Assembly: GCA_017857895.1 (NCBI GenBank)
Contig: JAFMCG010000001.1
Span: forward strand, 1 to 59,134
DNA: 59,134 nucleotides
Source: Burkholderiaceae bacterium
GTDB taxonomy: Bacteria; Pseudomonadota; Gammaproteobacteria; Burkholderiales; Burkholderiaceae_B
Reading direction: 5' to 3'
In this document: positions 10,475 to 20,133 of the stretch, one piece after another
Numbering within the stretch: position 1 is the stretch's first letter
Layout of the letters: each line of letters begins with the position of its first letter
Notes under the pieces: generated by a model
Seen by the model: the letters and a program-made list of their open reading frames with translations, nothing else
Told to the model about the DNA's origin: nothing
The model's database searches: none
Program-made: the position numbers and the translations under genes

Positions 10475-10933
10475 ATGTTTGATGTTTTGGTTTACCTGTT
10501 TAGGAATTACTACACGCCCCAAGCATGCCCGACGGCCGATGTGTTGGCCAAACGGCTGGTAGCGGCTGGCTTTGAGCACGACGACATCGATGATGCCTTA
10601 GGCTGGCTTTTGGGTTTGGCCGAAGTCACTGAGCACTGCGTCGACTTGGCTCATCACGACGCCAACGGCACGCGTTTTTACGCAGCCATTGAGCAGCGCA
10701 AACTCGGTGCAGACGCCATCGGATTTATCACTTTCTTAGAAAACAGCGACGTTTTGCCGGCACCGTTACGCGAGATCGTGATTGAACGCGCCATGGCCTG
10801 CGAAAGTGAGCCGATTTCGCTGGAGCGCATCAAGGTTATTGCTTTGATGGTCTTGTGGAGTCAAGAGGCCGAAGTCGACCACTTGATACTAGAAGAGCTG
10901 CTGCGGCCCGACGGCGAGCAACGCTGCCACTGA
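10475..10933 (+). CDS. smg: Smg / DUF494 family protein
   Basis: MFDVLVYLF, AAGF...IDDALGWL, REIVIERAM, LMVLW. Start moved to ATG 10475. Confidence 0.9.
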   Translation: MFDVLVYLFRNYYTPQACPTADVLAKRLVAAGFEHDDIDDALGWLLGLAEVTEHCVDLAHHDANGTRFYAAIEQRKLGADAIGFITFLENSDVLPAPLREIVIERAMACESEPISLERIKVIALMVLWSQEAEVDHLILEELLRPDGEQRCH

Positions 10934-10939
10934 TTTCGC

Positions 10940-11815
10940 GTGCAGTACATCGGTCGATTTGCCCCTAGCCCGAGCGGGCCCCTGCACGCCGGCTCTGTGG
11001 TGGTGGCCCTGGCCAGTTTTCTGGATGCTAGGGCTGCTAACGGGCTGTGGCTTGTTCGCATGGAAGACCTTGACACCGAACGCATGGTCCAAGACGCTGA
11101 CCGCGTCATACTGCAACAGTTGCGCGCTCTAGGCATGTCTTGGGACGGTGAGGTGTTGTACCAGTCGAACCGCCGACAAAACTATCAAGCCGCCTTTGAT
11201 GACTTACATGCACAAAACCGTCTCTACCCCTGCGGTTGCACTCGACGCGAAATTGCTGATTCTGTTTTGAGTCGCCACGGCGGCTTTCCTGAGGGTGAAA
11301 GACCTTACCCAGGGACATGCCGCGAGGACTTGCCGCCAGGCAGAACAGCCAAGTCATGGCGCGTGCGAGTTGACGATGGCGACATATCGTTTGTGGATCG
11401 CTGGTGCGGCCCCCAATCTCAAAACGTACACCAACAGGTGGGTGATTTTGTACTGCGACGTGCCGATGGGCACTGGGCTTACCAATTGGCCGTGGTGGTC
11501 GACGATGCCACCCAAGGCATCACCCATATTGTGAGGGGTCAAGACCTGCTGTCGAGCACCGCGAGACAGCAATGGCTGGCCCACGTTTTGGGGCTAGACA
11601 CCCCAAGCGTGATGCACGTCCCCTTGGTCATTGACGACAACGGTGTAAAGTTGTCCAAACAAAATGGTGCGCTCGCCATAGACACCGAAGATCCCCTGCC
11701 TGTTTTACAAGCCGCGTGGCGTCATTTGGGGTTTTACGATGTTCAAGCAAGCTCGCTAGCCCAGTTTTATGAGCAGGCCGTAAAGCAGTGGGCTGGTCGA
11801 TTTAAACCCAACTGA
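10940..11815 (+). CDS. gluQ: glutamyl-Q tRNA(Asp) synthetase
   Basis: [36 protein letters not shown]; short GluRS paralogue without an anticodon-binding domain. Confidence 0.92.
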   Translation: MQYIGRFAPSPSGPLHAGSVVVALASFLDARAANGLWLVRMEDLDTERMVQDADRVILQQLRALGMSWDGEVLYQSNRRQNYQAAFDDLHAQNRLYPCGCTRREIADSVLSRHGGFPEGERPYPGTCREDLPPGRTAKSWRVRVDDGDISFVDRWCGPQSQNVHQQVGDFVLRRADGHWAYQLAVVVDDATQGITHIVRGQDLLSSTARQQWLAHVLGLDTPSVMHVPLVIDDNGVKLSKQNGALAIDTEDPLPVLQAAWRHLGFYDVQASSLAQFYEQAVKQWAGRFKPN

Positions 11816-11882
11816 CTTGCGCCTTAGTGAACTCCGCCCGTATGATCGCCGCTAACGTCGCGATCTGCGACTCAGGATTGGA

Positions 11883-14516
11883 ATGACAAAAGTACTAATT
11901 ATTGCTGAGAAACCTTCGGTGGCACTGGATATCTCCCGTGCTTTGGGCGGCTTTACCCGCGAGGGTGATTATTTTGAGAACGATCAGTACGTGCTCTCTT
12001 CAAGTGTGGGTCACTTGTTAAGCCTGATCGCCCCTAACGATCCGGTCAAAGGCAAATGGAGCTTTGCGCATTTGCCCGTCATCCCACCAGCTTTTGGCCT
12101 GAATCCCTCGGACAAACGATCGGCCGAAAGACTCAAGATGCTGGTCAAGCTGATCAAACGCAAAGACGTTAGTAGCTTGATCAATGCATGTGACGCAGGC
12201 CGCGAGGGTGAGCTGATCTTTCGCTACATTGAACAGTATGCTGGCACACAGAAGCCCGTACAGCGTCTGTGGCTGCAATCCATGACGCGTGACGCCATCT
12301 GTGAGGCTTTCAAGCACTTGCGCCCTGACGAGGCGCTAAAGCCGCTTGAAGAGGCGGCGCGCTCTAGGGCTGAGGCTGATTGGTTGGTGGGCATCAACGG
12401 CACCCGCGCCATGACCGCCTTTAATAGCAAAGACGGCGGTTTCTTTAAAACCACCGTGGGCCGAGTGCAAACACCGACTCTCACCATCGTGGCTGACCGT
12501 GAAGCCAAAATTCGCGACTTTGTGTCGCGCGACTATTGGGAGGTTCACGCCACCTTTGTTGCCGCCGCTGGCTTGTACGAAGGTCGCTGGTTCGATCCTG
12601 CGTTCAAAAAAGACCCGAGTGATCCAGAACAGCGTGACAGCCGGCTTTGGAGTGCCGCCGCCGCCAAAACCGTTGAAGCGGCTTGTCGTGACCAAGTCGG
12701 TTCAGTCAGCGAAGAAGCCAAACCCAGTAGCCAGCTCTCGCCCCAGCTCTTTGACTTAACGTCGTTACAGCGCGAAGCCAACGGACGCTTTGGTTTTTCA
12801 GCCAAGGCCACGCTATCTTTGGCGCAGTCTTTGTACGAACGCCACAAGGCCTTGACCTACCCCAGAACAGATTCTCGCCATTTGCCTGAAGACTATGTGG
12901 CAACGGTCAAAGAAACCATGGCAGCGTTAGCACTTGGTGACAGCAATGTCGTCAAGGGCTTGGCTATTCACGCCAAAAAGGTATTGGCTGAAGGTTGGGT
13001 CAGACCCAACAAGCGCGTGTTTGATAACAAAAAAGTGTCTGATCACTTTGCCATCATTCCCACACTACAGGTGCCTAAGGACCTAAGTGAGGCTGAAGCC
13101 AAGCTCTATGACTTGGTCGTCAAACGCTTTTTGGCGATCTTCTTTCCGGCCGCTGAATATCGGGTCACCACCCGCATCACGGAAGTGCAAAAATACCGCT
13201 TTCGCACGGACGGTAAGGTGTTGGTCTCACCCGGTTGGTTGGCCGTCTATGGTCGTCAAACGCAAGAAGACGACGCCATGCTGGTGCCCGTCTCGCCCAA
13301 TGAAAAAGTGCGCACTGAAGACATTGCCAGCAAAGCCTTGGTCACCAAACCGCCACCACGCTACACCGAAGCCACACTCCTTTCGGCCATGGAAGGAGCT
13401 GGCAAGCTCATCGATGACGGCGAGCTACGTGAAGCCATGTCTGAGCGTGGTTTGGGCACCCCAGCCACACGCGCCTCAGTTATTGAGGGTTTGTTAAACG
13501 AAAGCTATTTGCGCCGCGAGGCCCGTGATTTGGTACCAACCGCCAAAACACGCCAGCTCATGACCTTGCTCAAAGGGTTGGACGTCAAAGAACTGACCTC
13601 TCCCGAGCTAACCGGTGAGTGGGAGCACAAGCTCAAACAGATCGAACAAGGCCAACTCGCCCGCGAAGCGTTCATGCAAGAGATCGCGCAGATGACTCAA
13701 GTCATCGTCAAGCGCGCCAAAGAATACGAGCGCGACACCGTGCCCGGTGATTACGTCACCCTCCAAACCCCTTGTCCCAAGTGCGGGGCCGTGGTCAAAG
13801 AGAACTATCGGCGCTACGCTTGCACCGCTTGCGATTTTTCTATTGGCAAACACCCAGGTGGTCGTACCTTTGAGCCGAGTGAAGTCGAAACTTTGCTGAA
13901 AGATCGCGAGCTCGGACCATTACAGGGCTTCATCAGTAAAATGGGGCGTCCTTTTGCTGCGATCCTTCGTATCGATAACGACCACCGGCTTGCGTTTGAT
14001 TTTGGTCAGCGTGAAGAAGAGGACACCGAACCGGTCGACTTTTCTGGCGCAACACCACTGGGCACCTGCCCAAAATGCCTGTCGCGAGTGTTTGAGCACG
14101 GCATGAATTACGTCTGCGAAAAATCTGTCGGCCCAGAAAAGACCTGCGACTTCCGCACTGGTAAGGTGATCTTGCAGCAAGAGATCAACGCCGATCAGGT
14201 GGCCAAGCTGCTGGCCAGCGGTAAAACCGATTTGCTGGAGAACTTTGTTTCAAGCCGAACCAATCGTAAATTCAAAGCCTATTTATCAGTTGGCGAAGGT
14301 GGCAAAGTTGGGTTTGAATTCGAAGTGAAAACGCCGAAGGCCGGAAAAGCGGCCAGCAAGGCAGCGGGTAAGACTGCCGCCAAGAAAGCCACCAAGGCGG
14401 CATCTAAAACAGCAGCGACCCCAAAGAAGGCCGCCAAAAAGGTTGCTAAGAAAGCGGTTAAGAAAGCCGTCAAGAAAGTCGCTAAAAAAGCAACCAAGAA
14501 AGTTAGCGCTGAGTAA
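11883..14516 (+). CDS. topB: DNA topoisomerase III (type IA) with C-terminal repeats and a Lys/Ala-rich tail
   Basis: IIAEKPSVA, NACDAGREGE, GRVQTPTL, catalytic TYPRTDS, GLGTPATR, zinc-ribbon-like CPKC motifs. Confidence 0.92.
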   Translation: MTKVLIIAEKPSVALDISRALGGFTREGDYFENDQYVLSSSVGHLLSLIAPNDPVKGKWSFAHLPVIPPAFGLNPSDKRSAERLKMLVKLIKRKDVSSLINACDAGREGELIFRYIEQYAGTQKPVQRLWLQSMTRDAICEAFKHLRPDEALKPLEEAARSRAEADWLVGINGTRAMTAFNSKDGGFFKTTVGRVQTPTLTIVADREAKIRDFVSRDYWEVHATFVAAAGLYEGRWFDPAFKKDPSDPEQRDSRLWSAAAAKTVEAACRDQVGSVSEEAKPSSQLSPQLFDLTSLQREANGRFGFSAKATLSLAQSLYERHKALTYPRTDSRHLPEDYVATVKETMAALALGDSNVVKGLAIHAKKVLAEGWVRPNKRVFDNKKVSDHFAIIPTLQVPKDLSEAEAKLYDLVVKRFLAIFFPAAEYRVTTRITEVQKYRFRTDGKVLVSPGWLAVYGRQTQEDDAMLVPVSPNEKVRTEDIASKALVTKPPPRYTEATLLSAMEGAGKLIDDGELREAMSERGLGTPATRASVIEGLLNESYLRREARDLVPTAKTRQLMTLLKGLDVKELTSPELTGEWEHKLKQIEQGQLAREAFMQEIAQMTQVIVKRAKEYERDTVPGDYVTLQTPCPKCGAVVKENYRRYACTACDFSIGKHPGGRTFEPSEVETLLKDRELGPLQGFISKMGRPFAAILRIDNDHRLAFDFGQREEEDTEPVDFSGATPLGTCPKCLSRVFEHGMNYVCEKSVGPEKTCDFRTGKVILQQEINADQVAKLLASGKTDLLENFVSSRTNRKFKAYLSVGEGGKVGFEFEVKTPKAGKAASKAAGKTAAKKATKAASKTAATPKKAAKKVAKKAVKKAVKKVAKKATKKVSAE
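14328..14513 (+). repeat. low-complexity histone-H1-like xxKK repeat tail of TopB
   Basis: 62 aa with 23 Lys, ending TPKK-AAKK-VAKK-AVKK-AVKK-VAKK-ATKK. Confidence 0.9.
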
Positions 14517-14523
14517 AAATCAA

Positions 14524-14555
14524 GGCACGTGAGAAATTATCAGTTCTCGCGTGTC
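14524..14555 (+). terminator. stem-loop after topB (possible pause/terminator, weak U-tract)
   Basis: GGCACGTGAGAA-N8-TTCTCGCGTGTC, a 12-bp stem with two G-U pairs. Confidence 0.35.
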
Positions 14556-14586
14556 AATTCCTGTTTGGTTTTATCTGGATTGATCC

Positions 14587-15417
14587 GTGAGCATTCATCA
14601 AAACGTCAAACGCATGACAGTCCCTCAATTAAGGGCTTGTAAAGGTCAACGCAAAATTGCCTCACTTACCGCGCACAGCAGCGTGTTTGCGAGCTTGCTT
14701 GACGAGTACCTTGATTTCATTTTGATTGGGGACTCGACAGCCATGGTCGCCTATGGGTTGCCCAACACCTTGTCGTTCACGGTTGAACAAGTTGCTGCAC
14801 ACACTGCTGCGGTTGTCCGCGGCACCAAACACGCTTGTGTGATCGCTGACATGCCATTTGGTAGTTATCAACGCAGCCCCGAACAAGCCTTTGAAAGCGC
14901 AGCATTCTTGCTCGCCCAAGGTGGTGCTGACGCGGTCAAACTCGAAGGTGGTGAGGTCATGGCGCCAACCATTGCTTTCTTGGTAAAGCGAGGCATTCCG
15001 GTACTCGCACACGTGGGTCTGATGCCTCAGCACGTTAACACCATGGGTGGCTATAAAGCACAAGGCCTTGATGACGAAACCGCTGCTCAAGTCAAACGCG
15101 ATGCCATGGCTGTTGCCCAAGCGGGTGCCTTTGGCGTGGTGCTCGAAGGTGTTGCCGAACAAGTTGCGGCTCAGATCACCGCTGAAGTCAATATTCTGAC
15201 CATCGGTATCGGTGCGTCAGCAGCCTGCGACGGCCAAATCTTAGTCACGGAAGACATGTTGGGACTAAACGGCGCACAAGTGCCTCGATTTGTTAAGCGT
15301 TATGCAGACTTGGCCGGTGATGTTAAAAAAGCCGTTGAGCGTTACGCCGATGATGTTCGTGCTGGCTCGTTTCCCGAATCCAGCCATTGCTTTGGCGTCA
15401 AACCAAAAACCAAATAA
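14587..15417 (+). CDS. panB: 3-methyl-2-oxobutanoate hydroxymethyltransferase
   Basis: [46 protein letters not shown]. Confidence 0.95.
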   Translation: MSIHQNVKRMTVPQLRACKGQRKIASLTAHSSVFASLLDEYLDFILIGDSTAMVAYGLPNTLSFTVEQVAAHTAAVVRGTKHACVIADMPFGSYQRSPEQAFESAAFLLAQGGADAVKLEGGEVMAPTIAFLVKRGIPVLAHVGLMPQHVNTMGGYKAQGLDDETAAQVKRDAMAVAQAGAFGVVLEGVAEQVAAQITAEVNILTIGIGASAACDGQILVTEDMLGLNGAQVPRFVKRYADLAGDVKKAVERYADDVRAGSFPESSHCFGVKPKTK

Positions 15418-15423
15418 ACACCC

Positions 15424-15930
15424 ATGCGTAAGAAACCGACAACACCCATCATTTGGCACACCGTTAAACAATCACCCGTGCACGGTTCGGGTGTGTTCGC
15501 TCGGCGCAAGATTCCAGCTGGGACGCGCGTCATTGAATATGACGGGGCGCGTATCAGTCACAAGGAGGCCGACCGACGTCACCCCACCAATCCAGACGAC
15601 CCCTTTCACACGTTCTTTTTTGTGGTGAGCTCGGGTAAAGTCATCGATGGCAATGACAATGGCAATGATGCCCGTTGGATCAATCACGCCTGCGACCCCA
15701 ACTGTGATAGCGAAGAGGGCTCAGGCGGCAAACGGGTCTATATCGTGGCCAAACGCGATATCGCTCGTGGTGAGGAGTTGAACTACGACTATGGCTTGGT
15801 CATGGCAGGCAAAATCACCAAGACCCTTAAATCGCAATACGCTTGCCGCTGTGGCTCGACCAATTGCCGGGGGACCATGCTGGCACTGCCAGCAAAGAAG
15901 TCGCAGAAAGTGCAGAAAGCCAAGAAATAA
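15424..15930 (+). CDS. SET-domain protein-lysine methyltransferase with post-SET zinc motif
   Basis: SPVHGSGVFA, IEYDG, ARWINHACDPN, EELNYDY, post-SET CRCGSTNC. Confidence 0.92.
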   Translation: MRKKPTTPIIWHTVKQSPVHGSGVFARRKIPAGTRVIEYDGARISHKEADRRHPTNPDDPFHTFFFVVSSGKVIDGNDNGNDARWINHACDPNCDSEEGSGGKRVYIVAKRDIARGEELNYDYGLVMAGKITKTLKSQYACRCGSTNCRGTMLALPAKKSQKVQKAKK

Positions 15931-15957
15931 ATCAGAAAACACGAGGCCTGATTGTGC

Positions 15958-16440
15958 TCACACCAAGTACCACCAAGCCACTGTCACCGCGATCAACACA
16001 CCAGCGGTAAGTATCGTTCTGAGTCTAAATACCCAGCGCGGCATGACCTCAGGGTAGCGCGTCACCAAACCCGCATCAAGCGACCACTGCAACAAAAAAC
16101 CCACTGCCAATATCAAGACCCCAAGGTCAGCAGACACCAGCGTAGCCAACCATCCAATTAAGGCTGGCGTGACGCTCCAAAGGAACATCACAGCTTTGGG
16201 TGCTGTGGGACCTGCAGCAGCAGCCAGACCCCACCAGATCGCCCCCACGAAGCTTAAAATCACCGCGCCATAAGTGATAAAGGCAATTAATGCCAAGAGG
16301 GGTGACAGCCCAAATGGCAAGACACCAGACAGGGCAAATATCCAGAAAGGGATAAGACCGGCCAAGCCTGGCAGCAAGGCGGCCAAGGGGATGGTGGACT
16401 CGGTGAGCGTGGGGTTGGGGCTAGCGTGGTTCTGCGTCAT
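15958..16440 (-). CDS. DUF3429 family membrane protein
   Basis: GLAGLIPF, YGAVILSFVGAIWWG, W..RLR..LT motifs. Confidence 0.8.
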   Translation of the reverse strand: MTQNHASPNPTLTESTIPLAALLPGLAGLIPFWIFALSGVLPFGLSPLLALIAFITYGAVILSFVGAIWWGLAAAAGPTAPKAVMFLWSVTPALIGWLATLVSADLGVLILAVGFLLQWSLDAGLVTRYPEVMPRWVFRLRTILTAGVLIAVTVAWWYLV

Positions 16441-16504
16441 GTTAAAGACATTCCAAACGTGTTTTACTGTGAGCTATGAATAGCAAGATCAAAGATTCAA
16501 TCAT

Positions 16505-17326
16505 ATGACACCATCGTCGCCACCCCAAACGTTTGCTTTTAAAGATCCACGTATTGCGGCACTCGAGGCACTCTTATGCGCCGATGTGACGCATAAGTGC
16601 CAGCTCGTTGATGCCATTGATCTAGACCAACCCATTGATACCGTGCGAGCGCTCATTGAGTCGCCTCCCCTGCCGCACAGCCCAGGCCGCCCTGTGTTAC
16701 CTGAACTGGTGAGTCCTACGGCACTTAAATTGCGCAAGATGTCCACGCCCGAAGGCCGAGCGGTGCTATTGCATGCACTGGCTCACATTGAGTTCAATGC
16801 GATTAACTTGGCGCTGGATATTGTTTGGCGATTCCCCAATATGCCACTGGCTTTTTATCTTGATTGGCTCGATGTGGCCAAAGAAGAGGCCATGCATTTT
16901 GGGTTGCTGCGTGACCGTCTACACGAGCTTAATTATGAGTATGGCGATTTTGTGGCGCACAACGGTTTGTGGGAAATGGCCGCCAAAACCGCCGATGATT
17001 TACTGGCTCGTTTGGCGCTGGTGCCTAGAACCTTAGAAGCCCGTGGTTTAGACGCATCGTTACCGATTCGAAACAAATTAGCCAATGCCGGTGATGAGCG
17101 CAGCGCCGAAATATTGGATGTGATTTTGCGAGACGAAATCGGCCATGTGGCCATTGGAAATCGCTGGTACCGCTACGTATGCCGAGCGCGGTCACTGGAT
17201 GCATTTGAGACCTACGCGCTGCTCGCAAAGCAATACAACGCCCCAACTTTGCGCGGCCCCTTTAATTGGGAAGCGCGCCGCCAAGCGGGATTTGATGAGC
17301 GTGAACTCGCCCGCTTGGCTGGCTGA
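16505..17326 (+). CDS. ferritin-like di-iron protein (DUF455)
   Basis: LHALAHIEFNAINLALD, EEAMHF, AHNGLW, LEARGLD, DEIGHV. Confidence 0.88.
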   Translation: MTPSSPPQTFAFKDPRIAALEALLCADVTHKCQLVDAIDLDQPIDTVRALIESPPLPHSPGRPVLPELVSPTALKLRKMSTPEGRAVLLHALAHIEFNAINLALDIVWRFPNMPLAFYLDWLDVAKEEAMHFGLLRDRLHELNYEYGDFVAHNGLWEMAAKTADDLLARLALVPRTLEARGLDASLPIRNKLANAGDERSAEILDVILRDEIGHVAIGNRWYRYVCRARSLDAFETYALLAKQYNAPTLRGPFNWEARRQAGFDERELARLAG

Positions 17327-17358
17327 ACTTGACTGATACTTAGGTGACACTATACCGT

Positions 17359-19062
17359 TCAGGCGAGGCTTGCTGCCGTCGATACTGGCATGCCATGGGT
17401 TTCAATGTGCCGATTCAACGATGACAGCACAGCTCTAAACGATGCCGTCACGATGTCACGATCAACCCCTACCCCAAAGCCTGTTGGTGCGTCACCAATC
17501 TTGACCTCAATGTAGCAAGCCGCTTGGGTCTCTGTGCCCGTGCCAAGCGCATGTTCGTGATAGTCCATGACCCGAACGGGCAAATGTAAAGCGTTCACAA
17601 AAGCTGAAATAGCACCATCGCCTTGACCGGTCAGCACTTGACGAATACCGTCCACCTCAAACTCGACTTCAATGCTGAACTGCTTGCCTTCACCGGCTTC
17701 GGGTTCGCCAGTAATACGATGCTTAATCAGCTTCCAAGGGGTTTGCTTAACCAAGTACTCTTGCTCAAAAATCCCATAAACGTCACGCGCACTGACTTCT
17801 TTGCCCGTCTCGTCAGTCACCCGTTGGATGGCGCGGCTGAATTCAATTTGCAACCGGCGCGGCAATGCCAAACCGTGCTCTTGCTCGAGCAAATAAGACA
17901 CGCCGCCTTTGCCGGACTGGCTGTTAACACGAATCACGGCATCGTAGCTGCGCCCCAAATCAGCGGGGTCAATGGGCAAGTAGGGCACTTCCCAAACCGC
18001 GTCTGGCGCTTGAACGGCAAATCCTTTCTTGATCGCGTCTTGGTGCGATCCTGAGAAGGCCGTGAACACCAAGTCACCGACGTAAGGGTGGCGTGGGTGC
18101 ACGGGCAACTGATTGCAATGCTCAACGCAGCGCCGCACCTCGTCAATATCTGAAAAGTCCAAACCAGGGTGAATGCCTTGTGTGTACAAGTTCAAGGCCA
18201 AAGTCACCAAATCCACGTTACCGGTGCGCTCACCATTGCCGAACAAGCAGCCTTCCACACGGTCAGCACCAGCCATTAAGGCGAGCTCAGCGGCCGCAAC
18301 CGCCGTACCGCGATCGTTGTGAGGGTGCACGCTGATCACCACGCTGTCACGCTTATCAAGCTTGTTATGCATGAATTCAATTTGGTCGGCATACATATTG
18401 GGCGTGGTGGCCTCAATAGTGGCAGGCAAATTGAAAACGATTTTTTTCTCTGGCGTGGGCTGCCAGACGGCTGTCACGGCGTTACAGACTTCCAGCGCCA
18501 ATTCTGGCTCAGTGGTGCTAAACACCTCAGGCGAGTACTCGTAAAACCAATCGGTCTGTGGGTGCTTTTTCATGCAAGCCATGACGTGGCGTGTGCCTTC
18601 TACCGCGACCGCCATGACTTCTTGCTTAGACATGTTGAACACGATTTTTCTGAACGCCGGTGCGCAAGCGTTGTAGAGGTGAATCATGGCTTTCTTAGCG
18701 CCCGCGGCGGACTCAACCGTGCGTTCAATCAACTCAGGGCGCGCCTGCGTGAGCGCGATGATGGTGACATCGTCCGGAATACGGTTTTCGTCGACCAACT
18801 TACGCACAAAGTCAAAGTCGGTTTGTGATGCCGATGGAAACCCAACCTCAATTTCTTTAAGCCCGATTTTGATCAGCAACTCAAAAAACTGCAACTTGCG
18901 CTCAACACTCATGGGCTCAATCAGTGATTGATTGCCGTCGCGCAAATCTGTGCTCATCCAAATGGGCGGGTGAGTGATGCGCTTACTGGGCCAAGTGCGC
19001 TCGGCGAAGTCTCGCTCAAAGGGCTTAAATGGGACATATTTTGTTGAAGGATTGGCAAGCAT
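17359..19062 (-). CDS. leuA: 2-isopropylmalate synthase
   Basis: [40 protein letters not shown]. Start at ATG 19062, preceded by AAGAGG. Confidence 0.95.
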   Translation of the reverse strand: MLANPSTKYVPFKPFERDFAERTWPSKRITHPPIWMSTDLRDGNQSLIEPMSVERKLQFFELLIKIGLKEIEVGFPSASQTDFDFVRKLVDENRIPDDVTIIALTQARPELIERTVESAAGAKKAMIHLYNACAPAFRKIVFNMSKQEVMAVAVEGTRHVMACMKKHPQTDWFYEYSPEVFSTTEPELALEVCNAVTAVWQPTPEKKIVFNLPATIEATTPNMYADQIEFMHNKLDKRDSVVISVHPHNDRGTAVAAAELALMAGADRVEGCLFGNGERTGNVDLVTLALNLYTQGIHPGLDFSDIDEVRRCVEHCNQLPVHPRHPYVGDLVFTAFSGSHQDAIKKGFAVQAPDAVWEVPYLPIDPADLGRSYDAVIRVNSQSGKGGVSYLLEQEHGLALPRRLQIEFSRAIQRVTDETGKEVSARDVYGIFEQEYLVKQTPWKLIKHRITGEPEAGEGKQFSIEVEFEVDGIRQVLTGQGDGAISAFVNALHLPVRVMDYHEHALGTGTETQAACYIEVKIGDAPTGFGVGVDRDIVTASFRAVLSSLNRHIETHGMPVSTAASLA

Positions 19063-19191
19063 TTTTAACCTCTTAAGGCCTTCTATCGAAGGCACTATTT
19101 TTTGTTTAATCTTTATCGGTGCTGACTCGCACGCGCTAAACTCTCGCGGCTTTGAATGTGGCTAAGTGGGTTGCCGGACAGCCACAGGGCG

Positions 19192-19323
19192 CTAGGCCCG
19201 GCAACCGATCGGTAGTAGTAGGGACAGGAGGCCGAGCGTGTTTGCTGGCAGATCAATGGCGCGAAAACTTACCGCGACGGGTGTCGCTGTGCCATTGCTC
19301 GAGAAGTTTCTGTCGCCATTCAT
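19192..19323 (-). CDS. leucine leader peptide of leuA (attenuation uORF)
   Basis: ATG 19323 to TAG 19192, MNGDRNFSSNGTATPVAVSFRAIDLPANTLGLLSLLLPIGCRA. Leu cluster CTC GGC CTC CTG TCC CTA CTA CTA. Not in the ORF track. Confidence 0.8.
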   Translation of the reverse strand: MNGDRNFSSNGTATPVAVSFRAIDLPANTLGLLSLLLPIGCRA

Positions 19324-19403
19324 AGATTTAAGAAGAACACAGAACCCAGGTTTTTGCAAGCCATTTGCATGCTGACCGGGCGTTGTTTGCTGCCTGTCAC
19401 TGC

Positions 19404-20117
19404 TTATTGCTTTGTCTTCAAAGTGGGTATTGAATCATCCCTTGGGTCTGGCTTTTGCTTCAGTTCGGGCTCAATCTTCGGCTCTAGATTTGACACAATG
19501 GGCTCCAACCGGGGCTCTGATAAACCCACTGGCTGGATTGCTTCAGGTGTTTGAATGGCATCGATTGGATGAGCAGGCTTTGCCGCTAAAACCTCTTCTA
19601 GAGCCCGATGTTGGGCACGTGCCATGGCAAGCTTGCGAACCCGACCTGAACGGATTTGATCACGCGTGCGTCGCAAATCCCCAACAGTAACGGGCCCCTC
19701 TTCATGACGCCAGACCCATTTGAAAACATCGACGCCATCAACCGAGAGGTTTTGAGCCAGTTGCTGGACGGTGGAAACCGAAACAATCGATGCGCGCCCG
19801 CGCATAACGCTAGCCTTGAGCCAGGTTCGCAAGACAGAAAGTAAAATTAATGAGAGTATGACGATGACGCCAATCCAGAGGTATGGATTGAATCGCGTCA
19901 TAAAGCTCACAACCTGTTCGCCTAGCGGCTCTAAGCCGTCATAGCGAATCAGATTGCCGAATGTCAAAATCTGCTTTGCAAGCCAGATCCAAACAAAAAT
20001 TGTGGCGGCGACAACGCCGGACCGCCACAACCACTTGGGTAGGCAGAGTTTACGAAGTGCGGCGCTTAAGACTCGAGCGTCGCTTTCTGGGGTTAGGCTG
20101 TCAGAATTTTTAGTCAT
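19404..20117 (-). CDS. hypothetical two-TM membrane protein with Pro/Glu-rich C-terminal tail
   Basis: Long ORF with two hydrophobic segments and an EPRLEP/EPKIEP tail. Start ATG 20117 preferred. Confidence 0.7.
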   Translation of the reverse strand: MTKNSDSLTPESDARVLSAALRKLCLPKWLWRSGVVAATIFVWIWLAKQILTFGNLIRYDGLEPLGEQVVSFMTRFNPYLWIGVIVILSLILLSVLRTWLKASVMRGRASIVSVSTVQQLAQNLSVDGVDVFKWVWRHEEGPVTVGDLRRTRDQIRSGRVRKLAMARAQHRALEEVLAAKPAHPIDAIQTPEAIQPVGLSEPRLEPIVSNLEPKIEPELKQKPDPRDDSIPTLKTKQ

Positions 20118-20133
20118 AAGCGATATTTTAAGC

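Noticed and set aside
19954-20133. N-terminal extension of RpoN in the ORF track (likewise for rsmB, DUF4390, smg, leuA, both ATP-grasp genes and DUF1415)
   Set aside because: The extensions overlap opposite-strand genes or regulatory DNA; family-typical sequence begins at the downstream ATG.
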